IMG/VR virus record: IMGVR_UViG_3300008261_000042
Source: a virus
Direction: 5' to 3' (one strand)
DNA length: 64,000 nucleotides
The notes below the pieces were generated by a model. It was given only the letters and a program-made list of their open reading frames with translations. It did no database searches and was not told where the DNA came from. The translations under genes were made by a program, and so were the position numbers. Positions 36,901 to 45,950 of this stretch are shown one piece after another (positions within the stretch are counted from its first letter, which is position 1; each line of letters starts with the position of its first letter).

Positions 36901-38215
36901 CGTTTCTGATCTTCCACTACGTATTAAAGTTAAGAGGGCAAGAAACCGTCTTGATCAAAATGGTAATATGATTGTAGATGGTGCATCACCATCTGGCTAT
37001 AAGTATCTAAGAAATGATCACCCAGATAACGCTAAGATTATTAGATATAATCTTTCGGAAGATGTTAGCTTTATTGATAACGCTAATGGTCTTGCTAATG
37101 GCATTACTGGTGCATTAGAAAATCTTTCAACTGGAGTATTCAGTGGAACAATTAAACAAGGTGATATCTTCAGACTGAGTGATTCTGAACTTACTTTCAT
37201 TAATCAAATTAATGTCACCTCACCTCAAAGATTTGTTATTAATGATGGAGGAACACCATCAGTTGATGTGTTTACAGTAGATTCTACTACTGGTGACACA
37301 GAAATTCTAGGTAATCTTAGTGTTTATAAAGATATTCGTTTACTTGGTTCAAATACAGAAAATAATCAAAGATTGATTATTAGAGATCAAAGTAATAATG
37401 ATAGATTTGTAGTTGATAGTGCTACAGGTAAAACATATATCTTCGGAAATTTAAATGTTGGAAATTCTACAAATTATAATAGATTATTTGTTGATTCTTC
37501 CAGTGGAGATACTACAATTAGAGGTGGTGATCTATTAATCACTGCTGATAATATTGATAATACTAAATTATTCTTACATAATGGTACTGGTAACTTAACA
37601 ATAAGTGGACTATTTACATCACAAACTACTTCTGGTGAAAACGTATTTAATACTGACCTTAAAGTTAATGGTAATAACTTAACATTCAACAAAGTATTAA
37701 ATATCGGTGGTGAAGATACTGAAGTTAATCTATTCAAAGTTCGCTGGATTGAGCAAGCTACAAATAGACCTTCAGGTGGTGCAATTGATTTTGCTGGACA
37801 GCAAGGATTCTTTACACAAACTGGAGCTAGAAAGTGGCAATACATACAGGCTGGACAAGATGTTGTAACAGTACAATCTAATGTTAACTATTTTGTTTCA
37901 CCTACAGCTACTACTGTGCTTAAATTACCTTCTAATCCTCTTACTGGAGATACAATTAGAGTCGTTGATGTTGGCGGAAACTTAACATATAATGTATCAT
38001 TGAAGTTTAGAGCACCATCTGGTATTGCAATTCAAGGTGATACAACTAATTCTGGAGGAACACCAGATCCAGGAACTACATATAATGGGGGAGAACTAGT
38101 AGTTCAAACTCCAAATGCTGGATTAGGACTTGTATACGTTGGACCTGTTAATTATGATGGAACGTCTACTGGTGCTCCAGCATCGCAACAAGGTTGGTGG
38201 TTAATGGAAATCTAA
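27857..38215 (+). CDS. Giant virion structural/tail-fibre-like protein (~3450 aa) with phycobiliprotein-like helical repeats
   Basis: PGDHYIDNRPG, GGAIVPRGCSLVGYDLR, SASPYVFNCS, SMVVAQYTGVSLQKDD, ELRRPSIARSGNHTFEYLGFGPGNYSTG; fibre-like C-terminus LP..P..GD.IRVVD...GWWLMEI. Confidence 0.9.
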   Translation: MITFTQVRQENTRFSYLPGKDNDRFDQFSIMLMPGDHYIDNRPGLVDLDDSDRQRYFDARNLINANRDEIVDRAFAQIMLDYREDLWGTNWVVPGDDVTDEFSRYKDAYRLIQKNRQQIIDTAYAEIAIQHPTFVNPNPVKCQRDIGYFIDAVSLDISLGGANKYTRKFLQNYFSGNTWKSNTLEGEEVESNTAFTKASALMKQAVANQLVYKDLTITPDPSYGSNTNPGVCGNVQTAIDTLKILVTSYVTQGNIDDLDTEAPETVPEAGAGMSKCKRDIGYIVDAVASDIGNGGNASVIAATKAYFNANGTPISNGLVGEVTQSVIAFNSAKLMMQKAVTNQLYVKDLTLSEGPADYSAGGAAIPNLPSGNPATCVDVQASIATLVNIITSSIEDGNLDGLADLEISGDIPVFYFDQAKQEWNDQSVLDLSNPDNVLYKFNASTGGAIVPRGCSLVGYDLRRTIVRPLYVPDPADGTQGRTSIFNLTGGCYIWQFTIKDGDLSENSPLYDANDRVGKVYFQKGNNSQLAIPEYSHHKITIMEYAEDFELEKYYQKVGKAFSLFQPTIDNGDFEALPQENRIVGPLSDTRSIVNLRLVSQSQSGGRDKTLIEATTKIPHGYFVGQSIAIIDTQISDLLNGTFKVAAVDDTDPKKFRYEVEATPTILGLEINAEGYDAGSTPALSVNCRAQAEIDSVESASPYVFNCSIRSTWGLCGMWADGAKATGFRSMVVAQYTGVSLQKDDRAFIRYDEFSNTWNQASLTDAFATVPYHTKGDAYWKDDWRNFHIRASNDAFIQCVSVFAVGFFDHFLMESGGDMSITNSNSNFGNTSLHAIGHKGFAFNQDKGGYITDIIPVKEIDDSAFNQEDQKYYSIAIQPTKDPSNKTKLYYGTDEAYNPFLKPATSINGYRLGAKTNEKLFVKIKSSVGTTIPFESTVSPSGFKRYTVALQTLNPDGIVINNLAQDAANLIEDNKAFIQKEAYGYITAKYPDLLTNTNITISKCERDIGYFVDAVVSDLRLGGNINTIQAAEGYYVGGQLAYIQNELNESLEAYDYVKNLCISAMRNFDYLIRNCTTIAGSAIVDIGDTTGIVIGMKATQYEYNTTNFTNGKLNTNATPITSAIPSGAYVKRIIDSSRIELGVQGSYLNTGTTVTANISTGSAYIYFELPKTASLTDNENLLSGVWSSVNAKRDPTVIQDATAWEISDPDGYPECSGVATTIIGYFTNISLILSQGLTPVGGRWVDASNLILANKNLIANEAVARMLAANPGFSVPGGNQNCIDDVLQIIDALAFNVKYGSNNRIYDAAKIYVEQPNLLSGEREQSVEVYLEVRNMAIQAMRNETINIQGSHGLTQTIDNSVLLEYDGNGNLVTPACADVASAITTLMAIITNAIGTEADPGDLIGIVRTAPTFTNITRVEPVLDTANLAARSTIFTVNTGQGSSNPHNFETGTPVRLVPKAREGTNPDKRVIRLPRGFETNTIYYVIAPGRKTTPEDYSNSAKYQDIFTADASTRLMLASTKENAAAGIYIYSSETDAIDPDVQIELQQYVLDDSYDLHQYLCNFATGQTDVIQTDVPHIFDVPGSINTVHKVFFRTFGDPNESELPQISSGGTNAEVDPNRYYYVRYVTNKTFAVFETAAQAIAGTPRITFTPGFGQNFYVFSDKRESPVRFDAALQNDDTSTGQWYVNVLDETSSTNNIIARFQELGDTLKDSRSKNTFFTRLVDNREKEDRIYRLRYVIPQYADGVRDPLNGFVLKARTDTTRKLLPQRIVLSPVSSGSPDLAYFEIQLPTEAGGTIAQQLGLPKSQLDPNFSYDPYNVNSVKIVSSDKTSSKVSFSIQSARQVNVNGDNLLELTVFDHTITNDALKNETFVTVKIEAPQEGTFRATEGFNTIIWNGNSSGSATIQAYFNVPETNEHYLILRAVTGSINYNPLIDTVFYQPLLDVNNDPVLDNQNQPVQIYAKLIKKPNSVGSPNESKSKSEKADYLYSNKDANVLTVTPGDIIEDDDATQYRVISVEDSGEIEDSFYIFDINEIQRRIPNQQEGVYYLTCVKGNVSPFPVGAGVGTNFRNFKFSQPISQLYPLDYKNDPLWFQIRPDGSRDTTLTDVPATICAADNYVHGLVRTNDYKNSETKEVVLDLVNNPALDRYDYTGLISAQSGNATSGSEDRKISIAGNSVYPTEGRLYVELRRPSIARSGNHTFEYLGFGPGNYSTGFPLRQEVVLSDIQDFYAQSKREDGGIVFYTGLNSNGDLYIGNRKINAITGEETFLERAELISSDDDGGDLGNLVTTFELPVVFERDITVDGDATFNNPVTINVEPNEPNALTVISNIDANSGEDTSLDSATFALSTIESEGNITLHKNKIYAGVYAFNPRGSVTIPGQNYSIRTHADQTNGNLPSNITPNQTNGSLGKQVQYGQKSPKAGDILLKGVEVGKSGSLGWIFANFYTNKTSNVFTVRADGNLSVTFTMQIGISPTDIGIAQGTEVKFTGFSGRFQPVNGVRTVSAVTATTFTINTQVIVAQSPDDPTRLDQEQTNALIEVSSVQWKEVGVLGAEALRTNTDNYGDFRLGINTFARADHIDRLNGFVSAATQPRANLDIVGTAFVSGKTLTTSPVNSFVSNPTAANRVFNNVGNAFLVGGDSVNPDSNATLRVATTNNGRVGINTNLGNLDRTFVVYGDARITDEVRLQKNLEVNGGNITTTQSSFNLAVTNATSAAAFSVARNISLGTLVSADQVITLGINPSSQQVNIGTFTPDGEFNVHSNGSKSIMNLGTSNNTSTASISVITIGGAFAKNSNSKEDGSVFNVKNRYTELDGDLSIGTGLVTGTGIARLQSNALQVEMFTVNTSRLNFATGVGRLSIGSKGGTTTINNSLVVEANTTMKGDVTHLGGLNAGQYQIRRGSFATPTSAHVRGSIDNTNIDFFSRVTIDRTIDTQGAAVWSGAEFLVDSNDPTEYYLPIGQVSTNIQFEVGAYLLIDRSVQVDQQNTIISPVGEQYSELLLVTELTNLNNVSDLPLRIKVKRARNRLDQNGNMIVDGASPSGYKYLRNDHPDNAKIIRYNLSEDVSFIDNANGLANGITGALENLSTGVFSGTIKQGDIFRLSDSELTFINQINVTSPQRFVINDGGTPSVDVFTVDSTTGDTEILGNLSVYKDIRLLGSNTENNQRLIIRDQSNNDRFVVDSATGKTYIFGNLNVGNSTNYNRLFVDSSSGDTTIRGGDLLITADNIDNTKLFLHNGTGNLTISGLFTSQTTSGENVFNTDLKVNGNNLTFNKVLNIGGEDTEVNLFKVRWIEQATNRPSGGAIDFAGQQGFFTQTGARKWQYIQAGQDVVTVQSNVNYFVSPTATTVLKLPSNPLTGDTIRVVDVGGNLTYNVSLKFRAPSGIAIQGDTTNSGGTPDPGTTYNGGELVVQTPNAGLGLVYVGPVNYDGTSTGAPASQQGWWLMEI

Positions 38216-38216
38216 T

Positions 38217-39905
38217 ATGGCAGATTACGGAGCTATCAGAACAATGAAAGGGTTGCCCATTGGGTCGGTGCAACCCTGGGTTGGACCTCTAACACAAATA
38301 CCAAAAGGTTGGTTGTTAGCCAATGGAGCAGAATTGCAAGCAAGAGAATATCCTTTGCTTGCTAGAGTTTTAAAAGACACTTATGGTGGAGTAAATTTTT
38401 CTGGTGGATTTCCAAATTATGCAGGAACATTTAGATTACCTCCAACTAATCAAAAAGGATTAGCTGATATTAATATTTCTTATTTTAGTAACGATCCATT
38501 GTTAAGAAATAACAAAATGGATACAACTAAAGCTGCTGCTATAGTTCAACAATATATTGGAGATATTGGAGATCTTGGTACTCCATCTACAATATTTGCA
38601 AATACTGATATGAATTTTACATATGAGCCAGATCCAGATGGCGTTATTTTAACATTTCAATATACTGGCAATGCTCCAACCACAACAACTGCTCAAAGAT
38701 ATGAGTCTACTGAATTAACAATATCAAGTAATGGTAATGGAACAAATGCAACATTTCAAGTAGTTCAAAATACAAATTTAACATATTCAGTTAAAATCAT
38801 TAGTAGAGGTCAAGATTTTGCTCAAGGTGAAGTTATTACTATATTGGGAACATCATTCACAAAAGGAACAGCTGCTGGAACAACACCAGCTAATGATATT
38901 ACAATAACTGTTCAATCAACTGGAGATGGTTTTTTTGATGGTAGAATTGAAGGTCAATCAGTAATTCCTGGATTTGGTATTAAATCTGTTTATGTCGTTG
39001 GAAGAAAATTATCTAGAGAACATTTTCCTGCACATTTTCATCCAGGTCCAGAAGGAGGATATACTACAATCAACAAAGGAGATTCTGGAGATAATCCTGG
39101 TTTAGGTGTTGGTGTGTTTGATACGCCAGAAATAAGTTTAATCAGTTATTGGTATAGAAGAGTTCCATGTGAATTCGGTTCTCTTCAGTGTGATCCAGAT
39201 GAAAGGAGACAGAACAGATCAACTCCTAAAAGTGTAGAAATAAGATGGGGAAGTGAAACTGGTCCGACTACAGAAGGACTAGATAATGTAGTTAGTGGAG
39301 CAGGAATGGTACAACCATTTGCTATAGGTGCTGGAAGATATGCACTAGCTTCTATTGAAGGTTCTATTCCCATTAGAAATCATAGACCAGAAAGAAGTTC
39401 TATTGATAGACATGGAGTTGGAAAATCTTGGTTCAATCAAGCTAAAAAATTGAGAGTAACTGATAGTATTACAAGTTCAGGAACTCCATATTTGACTAGT
39501 TTAATTAGTGATAGTAAATTAATTGCTGGAACATCTAGAATTCCATTTTCGGATGAAGCTAATGCTGTTTCTGCACCAAACTATGATAATGGGGGAGGTG
39601 GTGCATCAAATGGTTTAAGTGATGGTGTTGTTAGTCCTCCAACTCAAGTATTATTTAATAGTGCAGCAGTTGATTATAATGTTACACAAAATCAAGGTGG
39701 TAATGTAGTTAGAACAATACAACCACATGATCATGGTTCGGAATTCAATATCAGTTATAACGGCGATGCAATATCACTCACCCCAAGAATTTCTGCAAAA
39801 GTACAACCAGTAGTTACTCCAGATAATGTAGAAAATGCATTTCAAATGACATTTACTGTAACCTCACCTTCACTTTCTTGTATTCATTTAGTAAGAGCTT
39901 ATTAA
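38217..39905 (+). CDS. Tail collar domain protein (short-fibre-like)
   Basis: PIGSVQPW...IPKGWLLANG...YPLL...TYGG...FRLP; HxH motifs. Confidence 0.85.
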   Translation: MADYGAIRTMKGLPIGSVQPWVGPLTQIPKGWLLANGAELQAREYPLLARVLKDTYGGVNFSGGFPNYAGTFRLPPTNQKGLADINISYFSNDPLLRNNKMDTTKAAAIVQQYIGDIGDLGTPSTIFANTDMNFTYEPDPDGVILTFQYTGNAPTTTTAQRYESTELTISSNGNGTNATFQVVQNTNLTYSVKIISRGQDFAQGEVITILGTSFTKGTAAGTTPANDITITVQSTGDGFFDGRIEGQSVIPGFGIKSVYVVGRKLSREHFPAHFHPGPEGGYTTINKGDSGDNPGLGVGVFDTPEISLISYWYRRVPCEFGSLQCDPDERRQNRSTPKSVEIRWGSETGPTTEGLDNVVSGAGMVQPFAIGAGRYALASIEGSIPIRNHRPERSSIDRHGVGKSWFNQAKKLRVTDSITSSGTPYLTSLISDSKLIAGTSRIPFSDEANAVSAPNYDNGGGGASNGLSDGVVSPPTQVLFNSAAVDYNVTQNQGGNVVRTIQPHDHGSEFNISYNGDAISLTPRISAKVQPVVTPDNVENAFQMTFTVTSPSLSCIHLVRAY

Positions 39906-39907
39906 AA

Positions 39908-40768
39908 ATGACTGTTTACTATTCAAAACAAAGAGCAAAATTTGGTGGAGTTACTGGAACTATTATTCCATATCCAATTGCATTATCCGATAGCGTAAAA
40001 GAAAATTTTCTTCCAGCTGGATTTTTAAAATGTGATGGCTCTATCTTAAAAGCATCAGTATATCCAGCTTTAGCAAGAACTATAGGTGTAGGAGCTAATT
40101 GTAGATTTGCAAAAGATCCTAATGATATTGGTGCCGATGAAATACAACTACCAGATTTGGGATCAAAATATATTAGAGCTTCTTCTTCATCTGGACAATA
40201 TTTAAATACAACATTAGAACAAGATCCAACAATTACTAAAGTTGGCACTGAAGTTGAAGTTATTTCTTTGGTTGGAGATACTACAGAAATTTCATACTCT
40301 GGTTATTTTGAAGTTTTGGGTAAAAATAACATAAGTTTTATCGGAACTCCAGTTTTTGAAACTGATACTGGATTTACTTTATCCGATAGTTTAAATGAAG
40401 AAAACTTCCAAGCACATGGACATTATGCTGACGTAGGAGTTTTTACTTATCTTGGCAAGTGGGCAGATAATATTTTTGTTGAGGGATACGCTAGAGGTGG
40501 CAATGAAGCCCAGACAGAAGGATCTAATAATTTAGTTCAAATAGAACCACCAGACCAATCATCAACTACAGTTTCACATAATCATAGAATCAACTTGCCA
40601 GGTAGTACGCAATTGAAAGCTAATAATACATTAAATTATTCTTTCTCAAATACACAAATACCAGCAGATGGTTTAAAAAGCGAAATTATTATTACAACAA
40701 GTAATGTTAAAAAATTGGATGATATTATATCTCCATATATTTTAGTAGAGTATATAATTAAAATATAA
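39908..40768 (+). CDS. Tail collar domain protein
   Basis: GTIIP...LPAGFLKCDGS...YPALA...LPDLGSK; HGH, HNH; PYILVEYIIK. Confidence 0.85.
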   Translation: MTVYYSKQRAKFGGVTGTIIPYPIALSDSVKENFLPAGFLKCDGSILKASVYPALARTIGVGANCRFAKDPNDIGADEIQLPDLGSKYIRASSSSGQYLNTTLEQDPTITKVGTEVEVISLVGDTTEISYSGYFEVLGKNNISFIGTPVFETDTGFTLSDSLNEENFQAHGHYADVGVFTYLGKWADNIFVEGYARGGNEAQTEGSNNLVQIEPPDQSSTTVSHNHRINLPGSTQLKANNTLNYSFSNTQIPADGLKSEIIITTSNVKKLDDIISPYILVEYIIKI

Positions 40769-40770
40769 AA

Positions 40771-42159
40771 ATGTCAATAGTAGATTCTACAAATTGGTCA
40801 ACAAGATCATTAAATATTTTCAATAATTATTATTCTTTACCGACCCAATATTCTGCTACTTGGGGAGTATTTTTAATTGATAATGCAATTCAAGATCAAG
40901 GTATCTATGAATTTGATATTAGATTTTTGGAGCAGGGAATTCAAGTATTTGGTACTGCTGCAGATGATGATTGTCAATTTTATATTGATGGGGAGTATCT
41001 AGGTGATTTTGGTCCATCTAATGATAATGTAAGAATATCAACGACAAAATATTATGATGTATTTACGGTACATCGTCTTACTTTCGTTAGGACTGATAGT
41101 GGAACAAAACCAACTGCAATTGCTGCTAGATGGATAAGAAGTGAATACAATGCAGTAGATATACGAGATTTTAATGCTGCGCCAAGAATACTTACCAACA
41201 CCACAAATACAACATTAAACTGGGATGTTGTAAACGCTAGAAAAATAGAAATAAATCAAAACGTTGGAGATGTTACTGGAAAAATACAACAAGCGGTAAA
41301 TACTAGATTACAATCTAATGTTGGAACAAATTCTCCTGCTTCAAAAATATATACTTTAACTGCTTACGGAAATGCTCCGTCAGATATAGAAACAGCTACT
41401 GTCGAAGTTCTAGTTTTTAACGACAATACACCTAATAATATTGAAATACCAAATTTTTACAATAGAGAACCTAACGAAATTATAACATATAATCTACCAG
41501 CTTTAACTGGAATTGATGCTCCAATAACTGTATCGGGAGATGATTATGTTTTAGTTACTTCTGGAGCATCCGAATCATACACTAAAAGTATCACAGTATC
41601 TAATAATGCAGTTATCAAATTAAGATTTCGTGCTCCTGATTTTAGCCAAGATCCAGAAACTTTGGATAATTCAGCAGAATATTATGTTAATTTTGGTACT
41701 TTAAGAAGATATTTTACGGTAGTTACTAGAGCACCAAATGATAATGAAAGTTTTGATTTTGGAGATGTAAAAAATTCTGTACCTTATCCAGCTCCTCCTG
41801 GTAATGATGAAACACCACCGCAGTACCTAGTTTCTCCAGATACAGTAGAACCAACAGCAGAACAATGGCAAGTTGAATTGCAATATCCAAACAATGTTAC
41901 ATTACAATCTGGGGTGGAAGTTAAAACCACATATAATGATAAAACTCAGGTTAGAGTCAAACCATTCGGTGGTTCTTGGGGTTCATGGATAAATACAGAA
42001 TATCTATATGATGAAATAGTCGATCCTGGTCCAAGAACTGTTGAAAATATGAATTGGAGTACTCTTACTACTAGAAGTAGTGGAACTATTAATAATACTA
42101 CTCCAAGATCTATTAATACAAGATCAGCTGGTGTTTTAACAGGAAAAAATATAGTTTAA
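40771..42159 (+). CDS. Virion structural protein (paralog 1; PA14-like N-terminus)
   Basis: AADD...FYIDG N-terminus plus the shared YTLTA/NDNTP/TRAP/FDFGD module. Confidence 0.7.
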   Translation: MSIVDSTNWSTRSLNIFNNYYSLPTQYSATWGVFLIDNAIQDQGIYEFDIRFLEQGIQVFGTAADDDCQFYIDGEYLGDFGPSNDNVRISTTKYYDVFTVHRLTFVRTDSGTKPTAIAARWIRSEYNAVDIRDFNAAPRILTNTTNTTLNWDVVNARKIEINQNVGDVTGKIQQAVNTRLQSNVGTNSPASKIYTLTAYGNAPSDIETATVEVLVFNDNTPNNIEIPNFYNREPNEIITYNLPALTGIDAPITVSGDDYVLVTSGASESYTKSITVSNNAVIKLRFRAPDFSQDPETLDNSAEYYVNFGTLRRYFTVVTRAPNDNESFDFGDVKNSVPYPAPPGNDETPPQYLVSPDTVEPTAEQWQVELQYPNNVTLQSGVEVKTTYNDKTQVRVKPFGGSWGSWINTEYLYDEIVDPGPRTVENMNWSTLTTRSSGTINNTTPRSINTRSAGVLTGKNIV

Positions 42160-42164
42160 AAGAT

Positions 42165-44111
42165 ATGCCATACGAAATAAGATATGGAACTGCTGGAGGT
42201 TTAGGATTTGAAGGAGAAAATAGTTCTGTAACTTTTAATGCTCCCACAAATATAGTAAGAATATCTTATATCTGTTTAGGAGCTGGTGGTGGAGGTGGAC
42301 CATCTGGTGCTGGAGATCCATCTGGTGGTGGAGGAGGCGGAGGGGGTTTATCTCAAGGAACCTTACAAGTTGATCCACTAGGAGAAATACGAATTAGAGC
42401 TGGTGGTGGTGGGCAAGGAAGTACATCTCTTGGTAGTGGTTCTGAATCTGGTACTGATGGTAAAGATAGTTTAGTTAAAACAAGTTATGGTGAAAGAAGT
42501 GGCAAAGGTGGCAAAGGTGGAGAAACTTTTAATGGTGGTTCTGGAGGAAATGGTAATGTAAGAGATGGTCAAAATGGAGAAAATCCAGCAATATACGTTC
42601 CTGGAGGAATATTTGGAGGGGGGTCAACTCCTTGTCGAGGTGGTGGAGCTGCTGGATTAAATTCTGTTGCAGGAAGAGGATCTATCCCTGGTGCTGGAGG
42701 AAATGGTGTTAATTTTGTTTTCAATTCTTCTGGTTTTAGTACAACTATAGTAAATTCTAGTGGTCTTGATGGAGCTAATTATGGCGGTGGTGGTGGAGGA
42801 AGTGTAGATACAATTGAAATAGATTATGGTGGTGGTGATCAAGCACCTGTCGGTAACCAAGTTAATGTAAGTAGACCAGGCGGTGGTGGCGGAGGTATTT
42901 CATTTGCTGGTTGGGTAACTTTAACTACTCCAAAAACAATTGTTAGATCTGGAGAGCCTATCACAATTGAATATTCTGATTCTTTAAACAATACAGGAAC
43001 AGTAACTACATCTTTCACAAATGAAACTGAACAGAATATTAATCAAGAATATACATACACGGATGCTTTGGATGCAAAATCAAAAATAATTTTTACAGTA
43101 TTACCAAAAGTAAAAATTAAAAGTTTAACAGCAAGTCCAAATCCACAAACAAGTGGTGAAGATGGTATACCAAATTATAATACTTTTTTAATTTGGGAAG
43201 GAATTAGCGTATTATCTGCTGTTGCAACTAGAGATGACAATGCAGTATCTGCAACATGGGAACAAAAAACACAACCAACTGACGTAACTCAACCTCCAAA
43301 TTTTTATTCTTCTGGAAGTAAATCAGTTACAAATTTATATCAATCAGTAGCAACTGGATCTTCACAACCTGGATCAAATACAACTTACACGTTAACTGCT
43401 ACTGATGGATTTAATACGGCTACTGCTACAGTAACGGTTAAAGCATATAATGATAATTGTCCAGATACAATTTCTATACCAGATCAATTAGGAAAAGAAC
43501 CTGGAGAAGAAATAAAAATATCAACATCTCCTATTACAGGGATAGATATGGTCACTTCTGTAGTATGTGGTTCGGGAGTTGAAGTCATAGGTAGTGGAGG
43601 GATTGGATATACAACTTCAACTACTATAGTTTCTGGTAGTACTTTAAATGTTCGTGTATATGCAGAACCTTTTAATACAGATGAAAATGGATTAGTTAAT
43701 GAAAAAACTGTTTCTTTAACTGTCGGTTGCCAAACAATTTCTTTTAAAGTTCAAACAAGAGCACCAGTTGTTCAAGAAATATTTGATTTTGGTGATAATC
43801 AATTTGGTTATCCATATCCAAAAGTTGATACAAGGCTAGTTGGAGAGCAATTACCAGATGGAGGAACATATCAAACTCCGTTGGAATATTTAAATTCACC
43901 AACTATCGTAGAACCAACATCAACTGCATGGGAAGTAGAACTAGAAAAACCATATGGTGTACAAATAAAAGCAAAAGATATAAGATATTCTCCACCAACT
44001 ACTACATCTTATACTGATATTAGTTCACAAAATGATACAGATTTGGAAGTTAATGTCAAACGTCAAGGAGAACAACCAAATATTACATGGACAAAACCAA
44101 ATATTATTTAA
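42165..44111 (+). CDS. Glycine-rich virion protein (paralog 2)
   Basis: GAGGGGG repeats plus the shared C-terminal module. Confidence 0.75.
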   Translation: MPYEIRYGTAGGLGFEGENSSVTFNAPTNIVRISYICLGAGGGGGPSGAGDPSGGGGGGGGLSQGTLQVDPLGEIRIRAGGGGQGSTSLGSGSESGTDGKDSLVKTSYGERSGKGGKGGETFNGGSGGNGNVRDGQNGENPAIYVPGGIFGGGSTPCRGGGAAGLNSVAGRGSIPGAGGNGVNFVFNSSGFSTTIVNSSGLDGANYGGGGGGSVDTIEIDYGGGDQAPVGNQVNVSRPGGGGGGISFAGWVTLTTPKTIVRSGEPITIEYSDSLNNTGTVTTSFTNETEQNINQEYTYTDALDAKSKIIFTVLPKVKIKSLTASPNPQTSGEDGIPNYNTFLIWEGISVLSAVATRDDNAVSATWEQKTQPTDVTQPPNFYSSGSKSVTNLYQSVATGSSQPGSNTTYTLTATDGFNTATATVTVKAYNDNCPDTISIPDQLGKEPGEEIKISTSPITGIDMVTSVVCGSGVEVIGSGGIGYTTSTTIVSGSTLNVRVYAEPFNTDENGLVNEKTVSLTVGCQTISFKVQTRAPVVQEIFDFGDNQFGYPYPKVDTRLVGEQLPDGGTYQTPLEYLNSPTIVEPTSTAWEVELEKPYGVQIKAKDIRYSPPTTTSYTDISSQNDTDLEVNVKRQGEQPNITWTKPNII

Positions 44112-44141
44112 TTTTTCAATAAATATTTTTAAAAATATATT

Positions 44142-45713
44142 ATGGCTTCTCAATCAGTAGTTAATACTTATAATTCATCATCTTCTATTCAAATTCCAGA
44201 TAACGCTACCAATGTTAGAATTTATATTCGTGGTGCAAGCGGAGGTGGCGGTGGTGTTGATGGAGGTAGTGTTGGAGGAGGTTTTGGATATTCAAGATCT
44301 GGAACTTTTCAATATAAAACAAATTTTGTATCTAGAAATATAACAGCAGTTATTGGTACTATTGGAGGAAATGGTGGTAATAACTCAACTGGTGGTGGTA
44401 GTGGATCTGCTGGCTCTAGTATTTTAGCTTCTGGTGGTAGAGGAGGTAATGCTGGAGGAGGAAGAGGTTATTCTGGTGGTGGTGGTGGCGGTGGAGGAGC
44501 ATCTGCCATTTTAAATAGTTCTGGCACTGCAATATTAGTTGCTGGTGGAGGTGGTGGCGGAGGTGGAGCATCCTGGGATAGAAATGGCAACAAAGGAAAT
44601 GATGCAGGAGGTTGGGTATCTTCTGTTGGTACTGTAAGTGTTGGGGGAACTGGAGGTGATGTTGGTTTCGATGGTGGCGGCGGTGGCGGCGGTGGAGGTG
44701 GATCTCCTGGTGGAAATGGAGGATCGCCTGGATCGGACCAAAGCACTGGCGGGGGAGCTGGTGGTGGTGGTGGCTGTGCTTATAATTCTAGCATTTTTGA
44801 TATACTAAATTTTGGTCAATTAGATTCTGGAAATGGAGCTATAAGTATTTCATATGATTTATGGACACCAACTATAAATTCATTTGAAATTTCTCCAGAT
44901 CCACAAGATAGTTCGAGTGGAGTTCCTAGCGACACTGTAACAATATCTTGGTCTGTTTCAAATGCAACTAGTGTAACAATTACAGATTTGGGATCAGTAA
45001 ATTCTTCTGGTAGTTCTACAATAAACACTGGATTGCAGTCAGTTGCTGGTTCAAATTCACCAGCAACAAAAGTATATACATTAACTGCATGTGCTGGTTC
45101 TGTTTGTGATACAGCAACAGTAACCGCACAAGTTTATAATGATAATACTCCAGCTATATTTAAAATTCCTGATCAATTAAATAAAAATCCAAATACAGAA
45201 TTAACCATAAGTAATCTACAAATTACTGAAATTGATATGCCATCATTTGTAATTTGTGGTCCAGGAGTAACTGTAGAAACTGTTAGTGGTAGTTTTACTA
45301 CGCAAAGATTAGTAACTAATTCTCAATCATTGACTTTTAAAGTTACTACAGAGCCATTCAACACAGATGAAAATGGCTTAGTTAATGATAAAAATTGTTA
45401 TGTTACAATAGGAACAGTTACATATAATTTTTTAGTTCAAACAAGAGCACCAAATGTGTTGGAAATATTTGATTTTGGCGATAATCAATTTTCTGTTCCA
45501 TACCCCAAAATTGATACTACAGATGTTGTTCCATCTCCTTATTTAAAATCTCCAACTATAGTTGAAGAAGCATTAAGTGATTGGGAAATCGAATTGGAAA
45601 ATCCTTATGGAGTTCAAATAAAATCAGATAACACAAATTTAGAAGTAAATGTCAAAAGACAAGGTGATATAGATTTTGATGATGCAAATTGGAAAACACC
45701 AAATTCTATTTAA
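44142..45713 (+). CDS. Glycine-rich virion protein (paralog 3)
   Basis: Poly-Gly domain plus the shared C-terminal module; ATAAATA upstream. Confidence 0.75.
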   Translation: MASQSVVNTYNSSSSIQIPDNATNVRIYIRGASGGGGGVDGGSVGGGFGYSRSGTFQYKTNFVSRNITAVIGTIGGNGGNNSTGGGSGSAGSSILASGGRGGNAGGGRGYSGGGGGGGGASAILNSSGTAILVAGGGGGGGGASWDRNGNKGNDAGGWVSSVGTVSVGGTGGDVGFDGGGGGGGGGGSPGGNGGSPGSDQSTGGGAGGGGGCAYNSSIFDILNFGQLDSGNGAISISYDLWTPTINSFEISPDPQDSSSGVPSDTVTISWSVSNATSVTITDLGSVNSSGSSTINTGLQSVAGSNSPATKVYTLTACAGSVCDTATVTAQVYNDNTPAIFKIPDQLNKNPNTELTISNLQITEIDMPSFVICGPGVTVETVSGSFTTQRLVTNSQSLTFKVTTEPFNTDENGLVNDKNCYVTIGTVTYNFLVQTRAPNVLEIFDFGDNQFSVPYPKIDTTDVVPSPYLKSPTIVEEALSDWEIELENPYGVQIKSDNTNLEVNVKRQGDIDFDDANWKTPNSI

Positions 45714-45728
45714 TAAATAAAGATAAAA

Positions 45729-45950
45729 ATGGAAAGACGATTAGAATCTATCACAATTAGATATTGGCAAAAATATTTGGATGATGGTGGAGAAGTTAAA
45801 AATATACCACAAGTGATAGTTACATATAAAAATATTGTGGAGGGAATTCCACAAACAGTTGATACAATTGTAATCGGAAAAGATACTGATTATTCATCAC
45901 ACGAAGAAAAAGTACAACAATTTTGTCAAATTGCATTTGAGGGACTATGA
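45729..45950 (+). CDS. Small hypothetical protein
   Basis: 73-aa ORF after ATAAATA. Confidence 0.7.
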   Translation: MERRLESITIRYWQKYLDDGGEVKNIPQVIVTYKNIVEGIPQTVDTIVIGKDTDYSSHEEKVQQFCQIAFEGL